NCBI GenBank assembly: GCA_965368975.1
Contig: CBDUPA010000001.1
Span: 224,001-288,000, forward strand
DNA from: an uncultured bacterium
GTDB lineage: Bacteria > Acidobacteriota > Thermoanaerobaculia > Multivoradales > JAHZIX01
Length of the DNA stretch: 64,000 nt
Direction of reading: 5' to 3'
Within the stretch, counting starts at the first letter, position 1. The number at the start of each line of letters is the position of its first letter. A program made the position numbers and the translations under genes. This document shows positions 41,526 to 50,186 of the stretch, in pieces. Below the pieces are notes generated by a model. That model made no database searches and was not told the DNA's origin. It saw only the letters and a program-made list of their open reading frames with translations.

Positions 41526-42389
41526 TCAGGTCGTCTCGACCTTGTGCACGTGCACGTCGCGCTGCGGATAGGGGATCGAGATGCCCTCGGCGTCGAAGCG
41601 GCGCTTGACCTCGCGCGTGACGTCCCAGTAGACAGCCCAGTAGTCCTCGGCGTTGACCCACGGACGGACGATGAAATCGACCGTCGAATCGCCGAGGTTG
41701 TGGAGCTTGATCGTCGGTGCCGGCTCGTCGAGCACCAGTTCGTGAGTCTCCACGATGTCGCTCAGCACGCGTTCGGCGTGTTCGACGTCGTCGTCGTAGC
41801 CGATGCCGAAGGTGAAGTCGATACGGCGCGTCGGCTCGGCGGTGATGTTCTTGATCACATCGCCCCAGATCTTGCTGTTGGGCACGACGATGCGCTGATT
41901 GTCAGCCGTCAGGATGGTCGTGGCGACCAGGTTGAGATCGCGCACTTTGCCGGTGACGCCGCCGGCTTCCACCACGTGACCGACGTCGAACGGCCGGTGA
42001 ATCAGCAGCATCAGGCCAGCGGCCAGATTGGACAACGTGTCCTGCGTCGCGAAGCCGATGATGAAGCCGGCGACGCCGAGGCCCGCGAGCAGCGGCCCCA
42101 GCTCGACACCTAGCTGCGCCAGGGCGAGCAGGAAGCCGAGCAACAGCACCAGCTTGCCCGAGATCGAGACGAAGAAGTTCTCCAGCAGCCCCGACATCTC
42201 GGTGCGCCGCGTGGCGCGGCTCACGACGCGGCGGGTCAGGCGGGCGACAATATAGGCGATGAGTAGGATGAAGAGCGCCGCGGCCAGGCGCAGCAGCAGC
42301 TCGGGACCGTGGTTCTGCAGCCACCCGAGGGCTTCCTGCGACCAATCTCTGAGATCCGAGAGTGAAGTGGTGTCTTCCGGCAATGTCAT
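41526..42389 (-). CDS. mscS: Small-conductance mechanosensitive channel (MscS family)
   Basis: GFATQDTLSNLAAG, RPFDVG, VVPNSKIW and ISIPYPQRDVH motifs; AAGGAGG RBS (start may be TTG at 42383). Confidence 0.93.
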   Translation of the reverse strand: MTLPEDTTSLSDLRDWSQEALGWLQNHGPELLLRLAAALFILLIAYIVARLTRRVVSRATRRTEMSGLLENFFVSISGKLVLLLGFLLALAQLGVELGPLLAGLGVAGFIIGFATQDTLSNLAAGLMLLIHRPFDVGHVVEAGGVTGKVRDLNLVATTILTADNQRIVVPNSKIWGDVIKNITAEPTRRIDFTFGIGYDDDVEHAERVLSDIVETHELVLDEPAPTIKLHNLGDSTVDFIVRPWVNAEDYWAVYWDVTREVKRRFDAEGISIPYPQRDVHVHKVETT

Positions 42390-42528
42390 TCCTCCTTGGT
42401 GGTGATTCCGAGTCAGCGCAAAGACTATCGCACCTTCTCCGAGTGGAGGTGGGTGGTGTCGGAGGTCCGGATCTGGGAGAATCACAGGTCATAGCTTGTA
42501 CGCCCACTCGGGCGAGAGGAAGGAGATC

Positions 42529-44670
42529 ATGCGAGTGGAAATTTCGATCATCGCCGTAGTTTGCTGCCTGATAACTCTGATGACCCTGGTACCCGCGGCT
42601 GGGGCCGTCGCCGAGGCGGGGGCCGAGCCCGCCGCCGAGCCGGGCCCACAGCCGTTGACCGCCGAGTCGATGTGGCAGCTCGACCGCTTGAGCAGCCCGG
42701 CCGTGTCCCCGGACGGCAAGTGGGCCGTGGTCACCGTCACCAGCTACGATCTCGAAGAGGACAAGGGCACCGGCGTTCTGTGGTTGCTGTCCACCGATGG
42801 CAGCGCGGAGCCACGCCCCTTTACCTCGGCCCCTGCCGGTTCCGCGGTGTGGAGCCCCGATGGTCACTGGCTGGCCTTCGCTGCCAAGCGCGAAGGCGAC
42901 GAGGCTGCACAGATCTACGTCTTGCCGACCACCGGCGGTGAGGCCCGCCGGGTCACCAAAGTGCCCACCGGCGCCAGTTCTCCGAAGTGGTTCCCCGACT
43001 CCAAGAGTCTGGCCTTCGTCAGCAACGTCTGGCCGGATCTCGACTGGGAGGCGGCGGCCGAGAAGCTCAAGCAAGAGAAGGACCGCAAGACCACCGCGCG
43101 CGAGTGGAACAAGCCCTGGATCCGCTTCTGGGATTCCTGGATTCCGGCTGATCGTGAGAGCCACGTTTATCGAGTCGGACTGCCGGCCGCCGGCGCCGAG
43201 CCGAACGAGCCGACGCCGATCACCCTCGGTAGCGGTCTGCGTCTCTCACCGCTGGACAACGGTAGCAGCGCCTATGACCTGGCGCCCGACGGGAAAGAGA
43301 TCGCCTTCGCGGTCGACGTCGACGACACCGGCACGGACACCCGCTTCGACATTTTCGTCATGCCCGTGGAGCCTCGGGAAGGGGACGAACCGCTCAACGT
43401 CACGGCCGACAACCCGCGCGGTGACGACACCGGCCCGGTCTACAGTCCCGATGGCCGCTACCTCGCCTTCGGCCGCCAGACCATCCTCGGCTTCTACGCT
43501 GACCGCGAGCGTCTGGTCGTGCGCGACCGCAAGAATGGCGAGAACCGTGTGGTCACCGAGGCCTGGGACCGCTCGATGGGTGGCCTGCACTGGATGCCCG
43601 ACGGCAAGAGCTTGATCAGCGACATCGATGACGCCGGAACCGGTCGCCTGTACTCGATCGACGTCGAGAGCGGCGAACCCAGCGCTCTGACCGGCGAGAC
43701 CACCTTCGATGATCCCAGTCTGTCCGCCGATGGTCGCGTCCTGATCGCCCTGCGCGAGAGCTTCGTCGAGCCGCCGACCCTGGTGCGCGTCGACACCGAG
43801 AGCGGCGCAGCTACCCAACTGTCGACCTTCAACGACGAACGTCTGGCCAAGATCGACTTTGGCAGCTACGAGAGCGTGACCTACAAGGGCGCCAACGACG
43901 ATGACATCCAGATGTGGATCAACTACCCGCCTGGTTTCGACAAGAGCCAAGAGTATCCGCTCTATCTGCTGATCCACGGCGGTCCCCACAACGGTGTTCA
44001 GAACAGCTTCCACTGGCGCTGGAACGCCCAGCTCTTCGCGTCCTGGGGCTACGTCACCGCCTGGCACAACTTCCACGGCTCGAGTGGCTTCGGCCAGGAG
44101 TTCACGGACTCGATCAACCCCGAGCAGGCCAAGCTACCCTACGTCGACACGCTCAAGGCCGCCGAGTACCTGGCCGCCAAGCCCTTCGTCGACGGCGATC
44201 GCATGGCCGCCGGCGGTGGCAGCTACGGTGGCTACCTGGCCAGCATCCTGCTCGGCCGCGAGCATCCCTTCAAGACCCTGATCGCCCACGCCGCCGTCTA
44301 CAACTGGTACACCCAGTACGGCGCCGACTACGGTCACGGCCAGCGCCGCTTTGGCGAGTTCTGGGAGCAGGAGCAAGTGTTCCGCGAGAACTCCCCGCAC
44401 TTCGGTGCCGGCAACTTCAACACCCCCACCCTGGTCATCCACGGCCAGCAGGACTACCGCGTTCCCGTCAACCACGGTATCGAACTGTTCAACACCCTGA
44501 GCAACCGCGGTGTCAAGACCAAGTTCGTCTACTACCCGGACGAGAACCACTGGATCTTGAAGCCCAACAACTCGATCCATTGGTACACGGCGAACCAGGA
44601 CTGGCTGGCGGAGTTCCTGGGGGGCCAGAGCAGTGCCGATGGTGAGACGAGCGGGGATAGCGACGACTGA
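42529..44670 (+). CDS. S9 family peptidase (DPP5-like), secreted
   Basis: Signal peptide; beta-propeller WSPDG repeats; IHGGPH; GGSYGG catalytic Ser; DYRVP Asp; PDENH His. Confidence 0.95.
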   Translation: MRVEISIIAVVCCLITLMTLVPAAGAVAEAGAEPAAEPGPQPLTAESMWQLDRLSSPAVSPDGKWAVVTVTSYDLEEDKGTGVLWLLSTDGSAEPRPFTSAPAGSAVWSPDGHWLAFAAKREGDEAAQIYVLPTTGGEARRVTKVPTGASSPKWFPDSKSLAFVSNVWPDLDWEAAAEKLKQEKDRKTTAREWNKPWIRFWDSWIPADRESHVYRVGLPAAGAEPNEPTPITLGSGLRLSPLDNGSSAYDLAPDGKEIAFAVDVDDTGTDTRFDIFVMPVEPREGDEPLNVTADNPRGDDTGPVYSPDGRYLAFGRQTILGFYADRERLVVRDRKNGENRVVTEAWDRSMGGLHWMPDGKSLISDIDDAGTGRLYSIDVESGEPSALTGETTFDDPSLSADGRVLIALRESFVEPPTLVRVDTESGAATQLSTFNDERLAKIDFGSYESVTYKGANDDDIQMWINYPPGFDKSQEYPLYLLIHGGPHNGVQNSFHWRWNAQLFASWGYVTAWHNFHGSSGFGQEFTDSINPEQAKLPYVDTLKAAEYLAAKPFVDGDRMAAGGGSYGGYLASILLGREHPFKTLIAHAAVYNWYTQYGADYGHGQRRFGEFWEQEQVFRENSPHFGAGNFNTPTLVIHGQQDYRVPVNHGIELFNTLSNRGVKTKFVYYPDENHWILKPNNSIHWYTANQDWLAEFLGGQSSADGETSGDSDD

Positions 44671-44697
44671 GTCTCTCGCACCCGTTGCCTTAGACAC

Positions 44698-44738
44698 GAC
44701 CACGCCCGGCGGACGTTCGACGTCGCCGGGCGTTGGTC
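44698..44738. terminator. Hairpin between the convergent S9 peptidase and precursor 2
   Basis: ACGCCCGGC / GCCGGGCGT stem extended by GACC / GGTC; no strong T tail. Confidence 0.5.
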
Positions 44739-44780
44739 TGTCTGGCTTGTTTCTATCTGGCTTCGTCCTAGCGAACGAAC

Positions 44781-44960
44781 TCAGCGACGCGGGCCGAGAC
44801 GCGCGTCGCGCAGCTCCGCCTGCAGCGCCGGGCAGCACGGACCTTGGGGGTCGGTGGGCTCGGTACCGGCACTTTCGCCACCGAAGACCCTCTCCAGGTC
44901 GGCGTTGAACTGGATCAGGGTCTCGCGTTGCAGAGTGAGCTTGGTGCGGAGTCTCTTCAT
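44781..44960 (-). CDS. Putative RiPP precursor 2 (59 aa, double-glycine leader)
   Basis: GAGGAG RBS; leader MKRLRTKLTLQRETLIQFNADLERVFGG; core ESAGTEPTDPQGPCCPALQAELRDARLGPRR. Confidence 0.7.
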   Translation of the reverse strand: MKRLRTKLTLQRETLIQFNADLERVFGGESAGTEPTDPQGPCCPALQAELRDARLGPRR

Positions 44961-45012
44961 GCGGTTCTCCTCGCGGGTGAGAAATGGGGTGGCGGGACCC
45001 AAGAGCAACGGA

Positions 45013-46332
45013 TTAGATAGTGGGATTGTAGCTGACCCAGCGTAGCCAGCCCTCGAGCGGACGCCTTCCTTCGGCACACCAGGCCGCCGGCGGTTGCTGC
45101 ATCAGGCCTAGAGGGCACAGCCGAGGAGCTAGCGGCGGCGTCAACTCGACCGCCACTCGGCCTGCTTCGTCCGGGCCGCCGCCTGTTCCGCTACTAATAC
45201 CCAGGCACTTGAGATGGACGCCCCACGGCCGTAGATGGTCGCCCAAGTGCTCGACGCTCGGGCAGGGCACGACCGCGATGTGACGGTGCAGGGGCGACGC
45301 TGGCAGCAAGCTTGGATCCTCGATGCAGACGACGGCACTGTCGTCGCTGGCGAAAACCTGTCCGACGACGGCGGCAGTGCCGCGCCACTGGGCCCGCGCA
45401 GCGCCGGTGGCGGTGTCGATCGGACCGGGGGGTATGTCGACGGCCAGGTCGCGCAGGGCTTGGTGCAGGCGCGCGGCGAAGTCGACGCAGCTGACTTCCG
45501 CACTGTCCTCGACCCAGGCGATCACCGGCGACAAGCAGCCGCGTTGGTCGTAGGCGGCGATGTCGAGGGCCAGGGCGCGTGCGCTGGCTTCGACGCTGTC
45601 GAGGGTCAGGGCAGCGGCGGGGACCCAGGCGGTGCTGGCGCCGTGGCCGTGTTCGAGCAGGCGCACGGTGGCGGGTAGACGTGTGCGCAAGGAGGTCATC
45701 GTCTCGTCACTGCCGTAGGCGACAACGAGATCGGCAGCGGTCTTGGAATCGTCGAACAGGGCGGTTTCGAGGACAGCGTCACTGCCGGGGAAGCTCGTGA
45801 TCGATAGGGCTCTGTGTAGGAGCCCCCTCATGTGGGTGCCCTCGATTGAGGTATCTTGACCGCTGAGGGCGTCACGCAGCAGGACTGGCAGACTGGAGTC
45901 GGGCACCTGGTCTCTGGGTAGCTTGACCAGGATCGGTGTCCCTACGGCGAGGCCCAGGAGCAGGGGGCGTAGGGCGGCGGTGAACACGTTGCCGGCCAGG
46001 ATCAGGACGGTGAAGGCGGGAGGGACGGGGATCGCGTCGGGATGGGGAGGTGCTTGTCGCAGCAAGCCTTCCAGTACTGTGATGCCGCCGTCTCTGAGCT
46101 CGAGCCAGGGCTCGATGCTGGTGCGGAGGGCCCAGTCGACCATCGCCGGTGACAGCCCCACGGTCTCGGGAAGCACATCGCGGGCTCGTCGTCCGAGAGG
46201 ATCGTCAGGATCCGCCAGACGCGCGATGGCGTTCGTGAGACTCCGGCAGCGGTCGGCGACGGACAGCCTCCGCAGTGCCGCGCCCTGGTCGCGCAGGTGC
46301 CGTGCCAGAGCGTGCAGGTCTTCGGGCGTCAT
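45013..46332 (-). CDS. LuxC-like acyl-CoA / acyl-protein reductase
   Basis: ILAGNVF, VAYGSDET, EHGHGAS and AAYDQRGCLSP (catalytic Cys) motifs. Confidence 0.9.
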   Translation of the reverse strand: MTPEDLHALARHLRDQGAALRRLSVADRCRSLTNAIARLADPDDPLGRRARDVLPETVGLSPAMVDWALRTSIEPWLELRDGGITVLEGLLRQAPPHPDAIPVPPAFTVLILAGNVFTAALRPLLLGLAVGTPILVKLPRDQVPDSSLPVLLRDALSGQDTSIEGTHMRGLLHRALSITSFPGSDAVLETALFDDSKTAADLVVAYGSDETMTSLRTRLPATVRLLEHGHGASTAWVPAAALTLDSVEASARALALDIAAYDQRGCLSPVIAWVEDSAEVSCVDFAARLHQALRDLAVDIPPGPIDTATGAARAQWRGTAAVVGQVFASDDSAVVCIEDPSLLPASPLHRHIAVVPCPSVEHLGDHLRPWGVHLKCLGISSGTGGGPDEAGRVAVELTPPLAPRLCPLGLMQQPPAAWCAEGRRPLEGWLRWVSYNPTI

Positions 46333-46347
46333 GGCGAGTTCGGTCCC

Positions 46348-47514
46348 TCAGCCCTGCCCGTTGAGGATCGCTTCGACCGCCAGCGAGCAGCCGCGCGGCA
46401 CCGCCCCGGGAGCGCGGCCGAGCAATTCCAAGGTGCCGGCACTCGGGTCGTCGGATGGGTGGTAGCGGCCGAGGTCGGAGGTCTGAATGGCCCAGGCTGT
46501 GTCGAGGTTGGCTGGGTCGTCGATGCGCACGAGGCCGACCTCGCGAGCGGGTACAGGCCGCAAGGTGACTGGATCGACGACGCTGACGCGTAGCCAGCCG
46601 GGCGCCCACAGGCGGCGCGGACGCGGCTCGGTGCCGCTGACGGCGTCACGCAGCGTCGTCTCGTAGAGCTGCGACGTCAGCTCGGTCATGCCGTACTCGG
46701 TGACAATGTGCGTCTCTGGAATGCCGAAGCGCACGCTCAGCTGGCTGCGCAGGATCGCCGGGTCGACGGCGCGCGAGCGTCCCTTGGTACCGCCGGTGTG
46801 CAAGAGTCGGCTGCCGGCCGGCAACTGCCAGCGTTGTTGCAGGGCATCTTCCGCGTGCACGAAGGCGAAGGAGGTGCCGAGCAGGGCGATGGGCTGATCG
46901 TCGCGCTCGGCGCCGTCGAGAGCGCGGGTGAGGGCGTCGAGGTCGAGCTGCGGGGGATCGCCGAGCGTGCCGTGCCAGGCGTAAGTACTGGCAGGTCGAC
47001 CAAACCACTCGACATAGCGTGCCAGCATGTAGCCGAGCGACGATTCCGGGGCTTCGGCCTCGCTCGCGACCAGCAACAACAAGCGCATGCGCTCAGCCTC
47101 GCGTGGGGCAGGGCGCTGCGCATCGGGGAAGAAGGCATGACTGGCGGCGCGCTCGGCGGCACGATTGTAGAGGTCGAGATCACGCAGGGCATGGCAGCCA
47201 CGGCGGCCTGCTCCCTGGCTGGTCCCGCTGGTCAGGAAGTGGCGCACATCCAGGTCCTCCGGGTGCGCGGCCACGCGGACGGCACGGAAGACATCGGTCG
47301 GGACGGCGGGTAGCTCGGCCGGGTCGTCGACGGCGGTGAGGTCATCGGGGTCGAAGCCGCGGGCGCTCAGCAGGCGGCGGTAGGGCGCGACATGGCGTGC
47401 CTGCCAGCGGGCCAGGTCGAGCAGCAGGGCGTCGCGCGGCCCGGGTTCCGGAGCCTCGATGAGAGCCAGGATTCGTTGCTTGAGGGGCTGCCGAGTCGCG
47501 TCCAGGATGGTCAT
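46348..47514 (-). CDS. LuxE-like acyl-protein synthetase
   Basis: FLTSGT, HTGGTKGRSR, EYGMTELTSQ, IQTSDLG and LLGR..PRGCS (acyl-accepting Cys) motifs. Confidence 0.92.
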   Translation of the reverse strand: MTILDATRQPLKQRILALIEAPEPGPRDALLLDLARWQARHVAPYRRLLSARGFDPDDLTAVDDPAELPAVPTDVFRAVRVAAHPEDLDVRHFLTSGTSQGAGRRGCHALRDLDLYNRAAERAASHAFFPDAQRPAPREAERMRLLLLVASEAEAPESSLGYMLARYVEWFGRPASTYAWHGTLGDPPQLDLDALTRALDGAERDDQPIALLGTSFAFVHAEDALQQRWQLPAGSRLLHTGGTKGRSRAVDPAILRSQLSVRFGIPETHIVTEYGMTELTSQLYETTLRDAVSGTEPRPRRLWAPGWLRVSVVDPVTLRPVPAREVGLVRIDDPANLDTAWAIQTSDLGRYHPSDDPSAGTLELLGRAPGAVPRGCSLAVEAILNGQG

Positions 47515-47533
47515 CGTCTGCTAGCCTAGCAGG
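47515..47533. promoter_or_regulatory. Putative bidirectional leaderless promoter (overlapping -10 hexamers)
   Basis: 19-bp gap containing CTAGCCTAG: TAGCCT on + is 6 nt before the queE GTG, TAGGCT on - is 8 nt before the luxE ATG. Confidence 0.55.
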
Positions 47534-48139
47534 GTGTCCAAACCCAAGTCCTACCTCGTCAACGAGATCTTCTACAGCCTGCAGGGCGAAGGGGTGCGTG
47601 CCGGCACTGCGAATCTCTTCTTGCGCTTCTCGAAGTGCAACCTGGAGTGCCGCCAGGAGACGCACGGTTTCGACTGCGACACCGAATTCGCTTCCGGCCG
47701 GCGCCTGACGCTGGCGGAGATCGTCGATGAGTTGCGCCAGCTCACGCCGGACTGTACCTGGGTGATCTTGACCGGCGGTGAACCGGCGCTGCAGGTGGAC
47801 GCTGCGCTGATCGAGGGTTTGCAAGCGGCGGGCTACCAGCTGGCGATCGAGACCAACGGGTCGGTGGCCTTGCCGGACGGTCTCGACTGGATCACCGTCA
47901 GCCCCAAGGTGGCCGAGCACGCCGTCCGCCAGCGGCGCGCGCACGAGGTCAAGTACGTGCGCGGCTACGGCCAGGGCATTCCGCGGACGGTAGTGAAGGC
48001 CGAGCACTACCTGATCTCGCCAGCCTTCGACGGCGACCAGGTCGACCCGCGCACGCTCGACTGGTGCATCCGCCTGGTGCGCGAGCATCCGACGTGGCGC
48101 CTGTCGGTGCAGCAGCACAAACTGTGGCGCGTGCGGTGA
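47534..48139 (+). CDS. queE: 7-carboxy-7-deazaguanine synthase (radical SAM)
   Basis: EIFYSLQGEG, FLRF..CNL, LTGGEP.LQ, IETNG, WITVSPK and WRLSVQQHK motifs. Confidence 0.9.
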   Translation: MSKPKSYLVNEIFYSLQGEGVRAGTANLFLRFSKCNLECRQETHGFDCDTEFASGRRLTLAEIVDELRQLTPDCTWVILTGGEPALQVDAALIEGLQAAGYQLAIETNGSVALPDGLDWITVSPKVAEHAVRQRRAHEVKYVRGYGQGIPRTVVKAEHYLISPAFDGDQVDPRTLDWCIRLVREHPTWRLSVQQHKLWRVR

Positions 48140-48310
48140 CGTGGGGTGTCTGCGACGGGCGACATTCGGTTGACGCTGTCCGTGCCGTTTGCGGTACGCT
48201 AGCCCATCCGCCGCGGCGCTCTGCCGGACCGTGGGTCCGCCGAGCGTCCTGCAGTTGCTCCTGGTGGCTTTCTTACCTCCGAGATAATCCTGAGAAGGGG
48301 ACAGACTTCT

Positions 48311-50164
48311 ATGTGTGGAATCGTCGGTGTGATCGGGCAGGGCGAAACGTTACGCTTGGCCGTCGAAGGTCTCAAGCGCTTGGAGTATCGCGGTTACGAT
48401 TCGTTCGGTGTGGCGACGCTGCAGGCCGGCAGCGAGGGGACGGAAGGGCGCATCGCGGTCAAGAAAGAGGTCGGCTCGGTGATCGAGCACGATGCGAGCG
48501 GCTTCTTCGACGACGTGCCGGAGTCCACGGTCACCCTCGCGCACACCCGGTGGGCGACACACGGCAAGGTGACGCAGGTCAACGCCCACCCGCACGTGTC
48601 GGCGGACGGCACCTTCGTACTGGTGCACAACGGTGTGGTCGAGAACCACCGCCAGCTGCGCGAGGAGCTGCACCGCGAGGGCATCGAGTGCGTGTCCGAG
48701 ACGGACACCGAAGTGGTGGCGCAGTTGCTGGCGTTGGAGTACCGGCAGGCGGGTGATGTCCTGGAGGCCGCCCGCCGCACGCTCGACAAGCTCGACGGCG
48801 AGTATGCCTTCGCCTTTTTCACCACCCACGATCCCGAGCACGTCTACGGCGCTCGGCTGAAGAGCCCGCTTGCCTTCGGTGTCGCCGACGGCAAGGCGAT
48901 CCTGGCCTCGGATCAGCGTGCCATCGCGCCGCTGTCGACCGAGATTCGCTACCTCGAGGACGGCGACTTCGTGCGCGTCGGCAAGGACGGCGGCACCGTC
49001 TACGCTTTCGGCGATGGCAGCTTCCAAGAGGTCGAGCGCGACGTCGTGCACGTCGAGTGGGATGAAGAGGACGGCGACAAGCACGGCTATCCGCACTACA
49101 TGCTCAAGGAGATCTACGAGACACCGATCGCGGTCGAGAGCGCGCTCAAGATCCGCGACGAGGAACTCGACGCGGCGGTGGCGACGATGGTCGACGGTGA
49201 CGTCAACATCACTGGTGCCGGCAGTGCCTTCTACGTCTCACAGATCGCCCAGTACTACTTCGCCGGCCTGGCCAACTGCTACGCTCGCGTGCATCCCTCG
49301 GACGAGCTGATGGGCCTGGTGCGCTTTGAACCCGAATCGCACCTGATCGCGGTGTCGCAGAGCGGTGAGACCTTCGACACCTTGGAGGTCATCCGCGCCG
49401 CGCTCGCTCGCTGTGCCGAGGTGACGTCGATCAACAACGTCTTCGGCTCGTCCTGCCAGCGCCTGGCACGCTTCCCGCTGTTCCAGGGGGCCGGCGCCGA
49501 GATCTGCGTGCTGAGCACCAAGTCGATCGTCAGCCAGGCGATCGTACTGTACCGCTTGGCGGTCAAGCTGGGCGTCGCGCTCAAGTTCCTCAAGCCCGAG
49601 GAAGGGGAACGCCTGATCACCGAGGTGGGCGCTTTGCCTGGCTACATCCAGCGCTTGCTCGACGAGGTCCAGGACAAGATTCGTGAGACCGCCAAGGCCA
49701 ACAGCTCGATCGACAACTGGTTCTTCATCGGCCGCGGTATCTACTACCCGGTGGCCATGGAGTCGGCGCTCAAGTTCAAGGAAGTCAGCTACTTGCATGC
49801 CGAAGGAATGTCCGCCGGTTTCTTCAAGCACGGCACCATTTCGCTGATCGACGATGAGTTCTACACCATCGCTTTCCTGCCCAACAAAGAGCTGGACGCG
49901 GACACCTTCCGCTTCACCATGTCCAACATCTCCGAGATCCAGGCACGCGACGGCCGCGTCATCGCCTTCGGTCACGAGCCGCCGGATCACGAGGATGTCG
50001 TTCACCTCTACGACTACGTGCAATTGCCCAGCCTGGGCAACAAGCACCTCGATCCCATCCTGCACCTGATCGCTGGCCAGCTGCTGGCCTACCATTGTGC
50101 CGTCGACCTGGGACGCAACATCGACAAGCCACGGGCCTTGGCCAAGAGTGTGACGGTGCGCTGA
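48311..50164 (+). CDS. glmS: Glutamine--fructose-6-phosphate aminotransferase
   Basis: MCGIVG, LEYRGYDS, HTRWATHG, SQSGET and AKSVTV motifs. Confidence 0.95.
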   Translation: MCGIVGVIGQGETLRLAVEGLKRLEYRGYDSFGVATLQAGSEGTEGRIAVKKEVGSVIEHDASGFFDDVPESTVTLAHTRWATHGKVTQVNAHPHVSADGTFVLVHNGVVENHRQLREELHREGIECVSETDTEVVAQLLALEYRQAGDVLEAARRTLDKLDGEYAFAFFTTHDPEHVYGARLKSPLAFGVADGKAILASDQRAIAPLSTEIRYLEDGDFVRVGKDGGTVYAFGDGSFQEVERDVVHVEWDEEDGDKHGYPHYMLKEIYETPIAVESALKIRDEELDAAVATMVDGDVNITGAGSAFYVSQIAQYYFAGLANCYARVHPSDELMGLVRFEPESHLIAVSQSGETFDTLEVIRAALARCAEVTSINNVFGSSCQRLARFPLFQGAGAEICVLSTKSIVSQAIVLYRLAVKLGVALKFLKPEEGERLITEVGALPGYIQRLLDEVQDKIRETAKANSSIDNWFFIGRGIYYPVAMESALKFKEVSYLHAEGMSAGFFKHGTISLIDDEFYTIAFLPNKELDADTFRFTMSNISEIQARDGRVIAFGHEPPDHEDVVHLYDYVQLPSLGNKHLDPILHLIAGQLLAYHCAVDLGRNIDKPRALAKSVTVR

Positions 50165-50186
50165 GCCGCGCCGAGGAAGGAACCGC

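Noticed and set aside
42529-44670. S9 peptidase as the dedicated leader protease for precursor 2
   Set aside because: It is convergent, separated by a hairpin and resembles common secreted DPP5-like enzymes; GG leaders are normally cut by C39 peptidases. Not fully excluded
45013-47514. Bioluminescence (lux) operon
   Set aside because: No luxA, luxB, luxD or luxG in the window; only the acyl synthetase/reductase pair is present
48140-48310. glmS ribozyme
   Set aside because: I could not recognise the conserved core by eye; an Rfam covariance search would settle it
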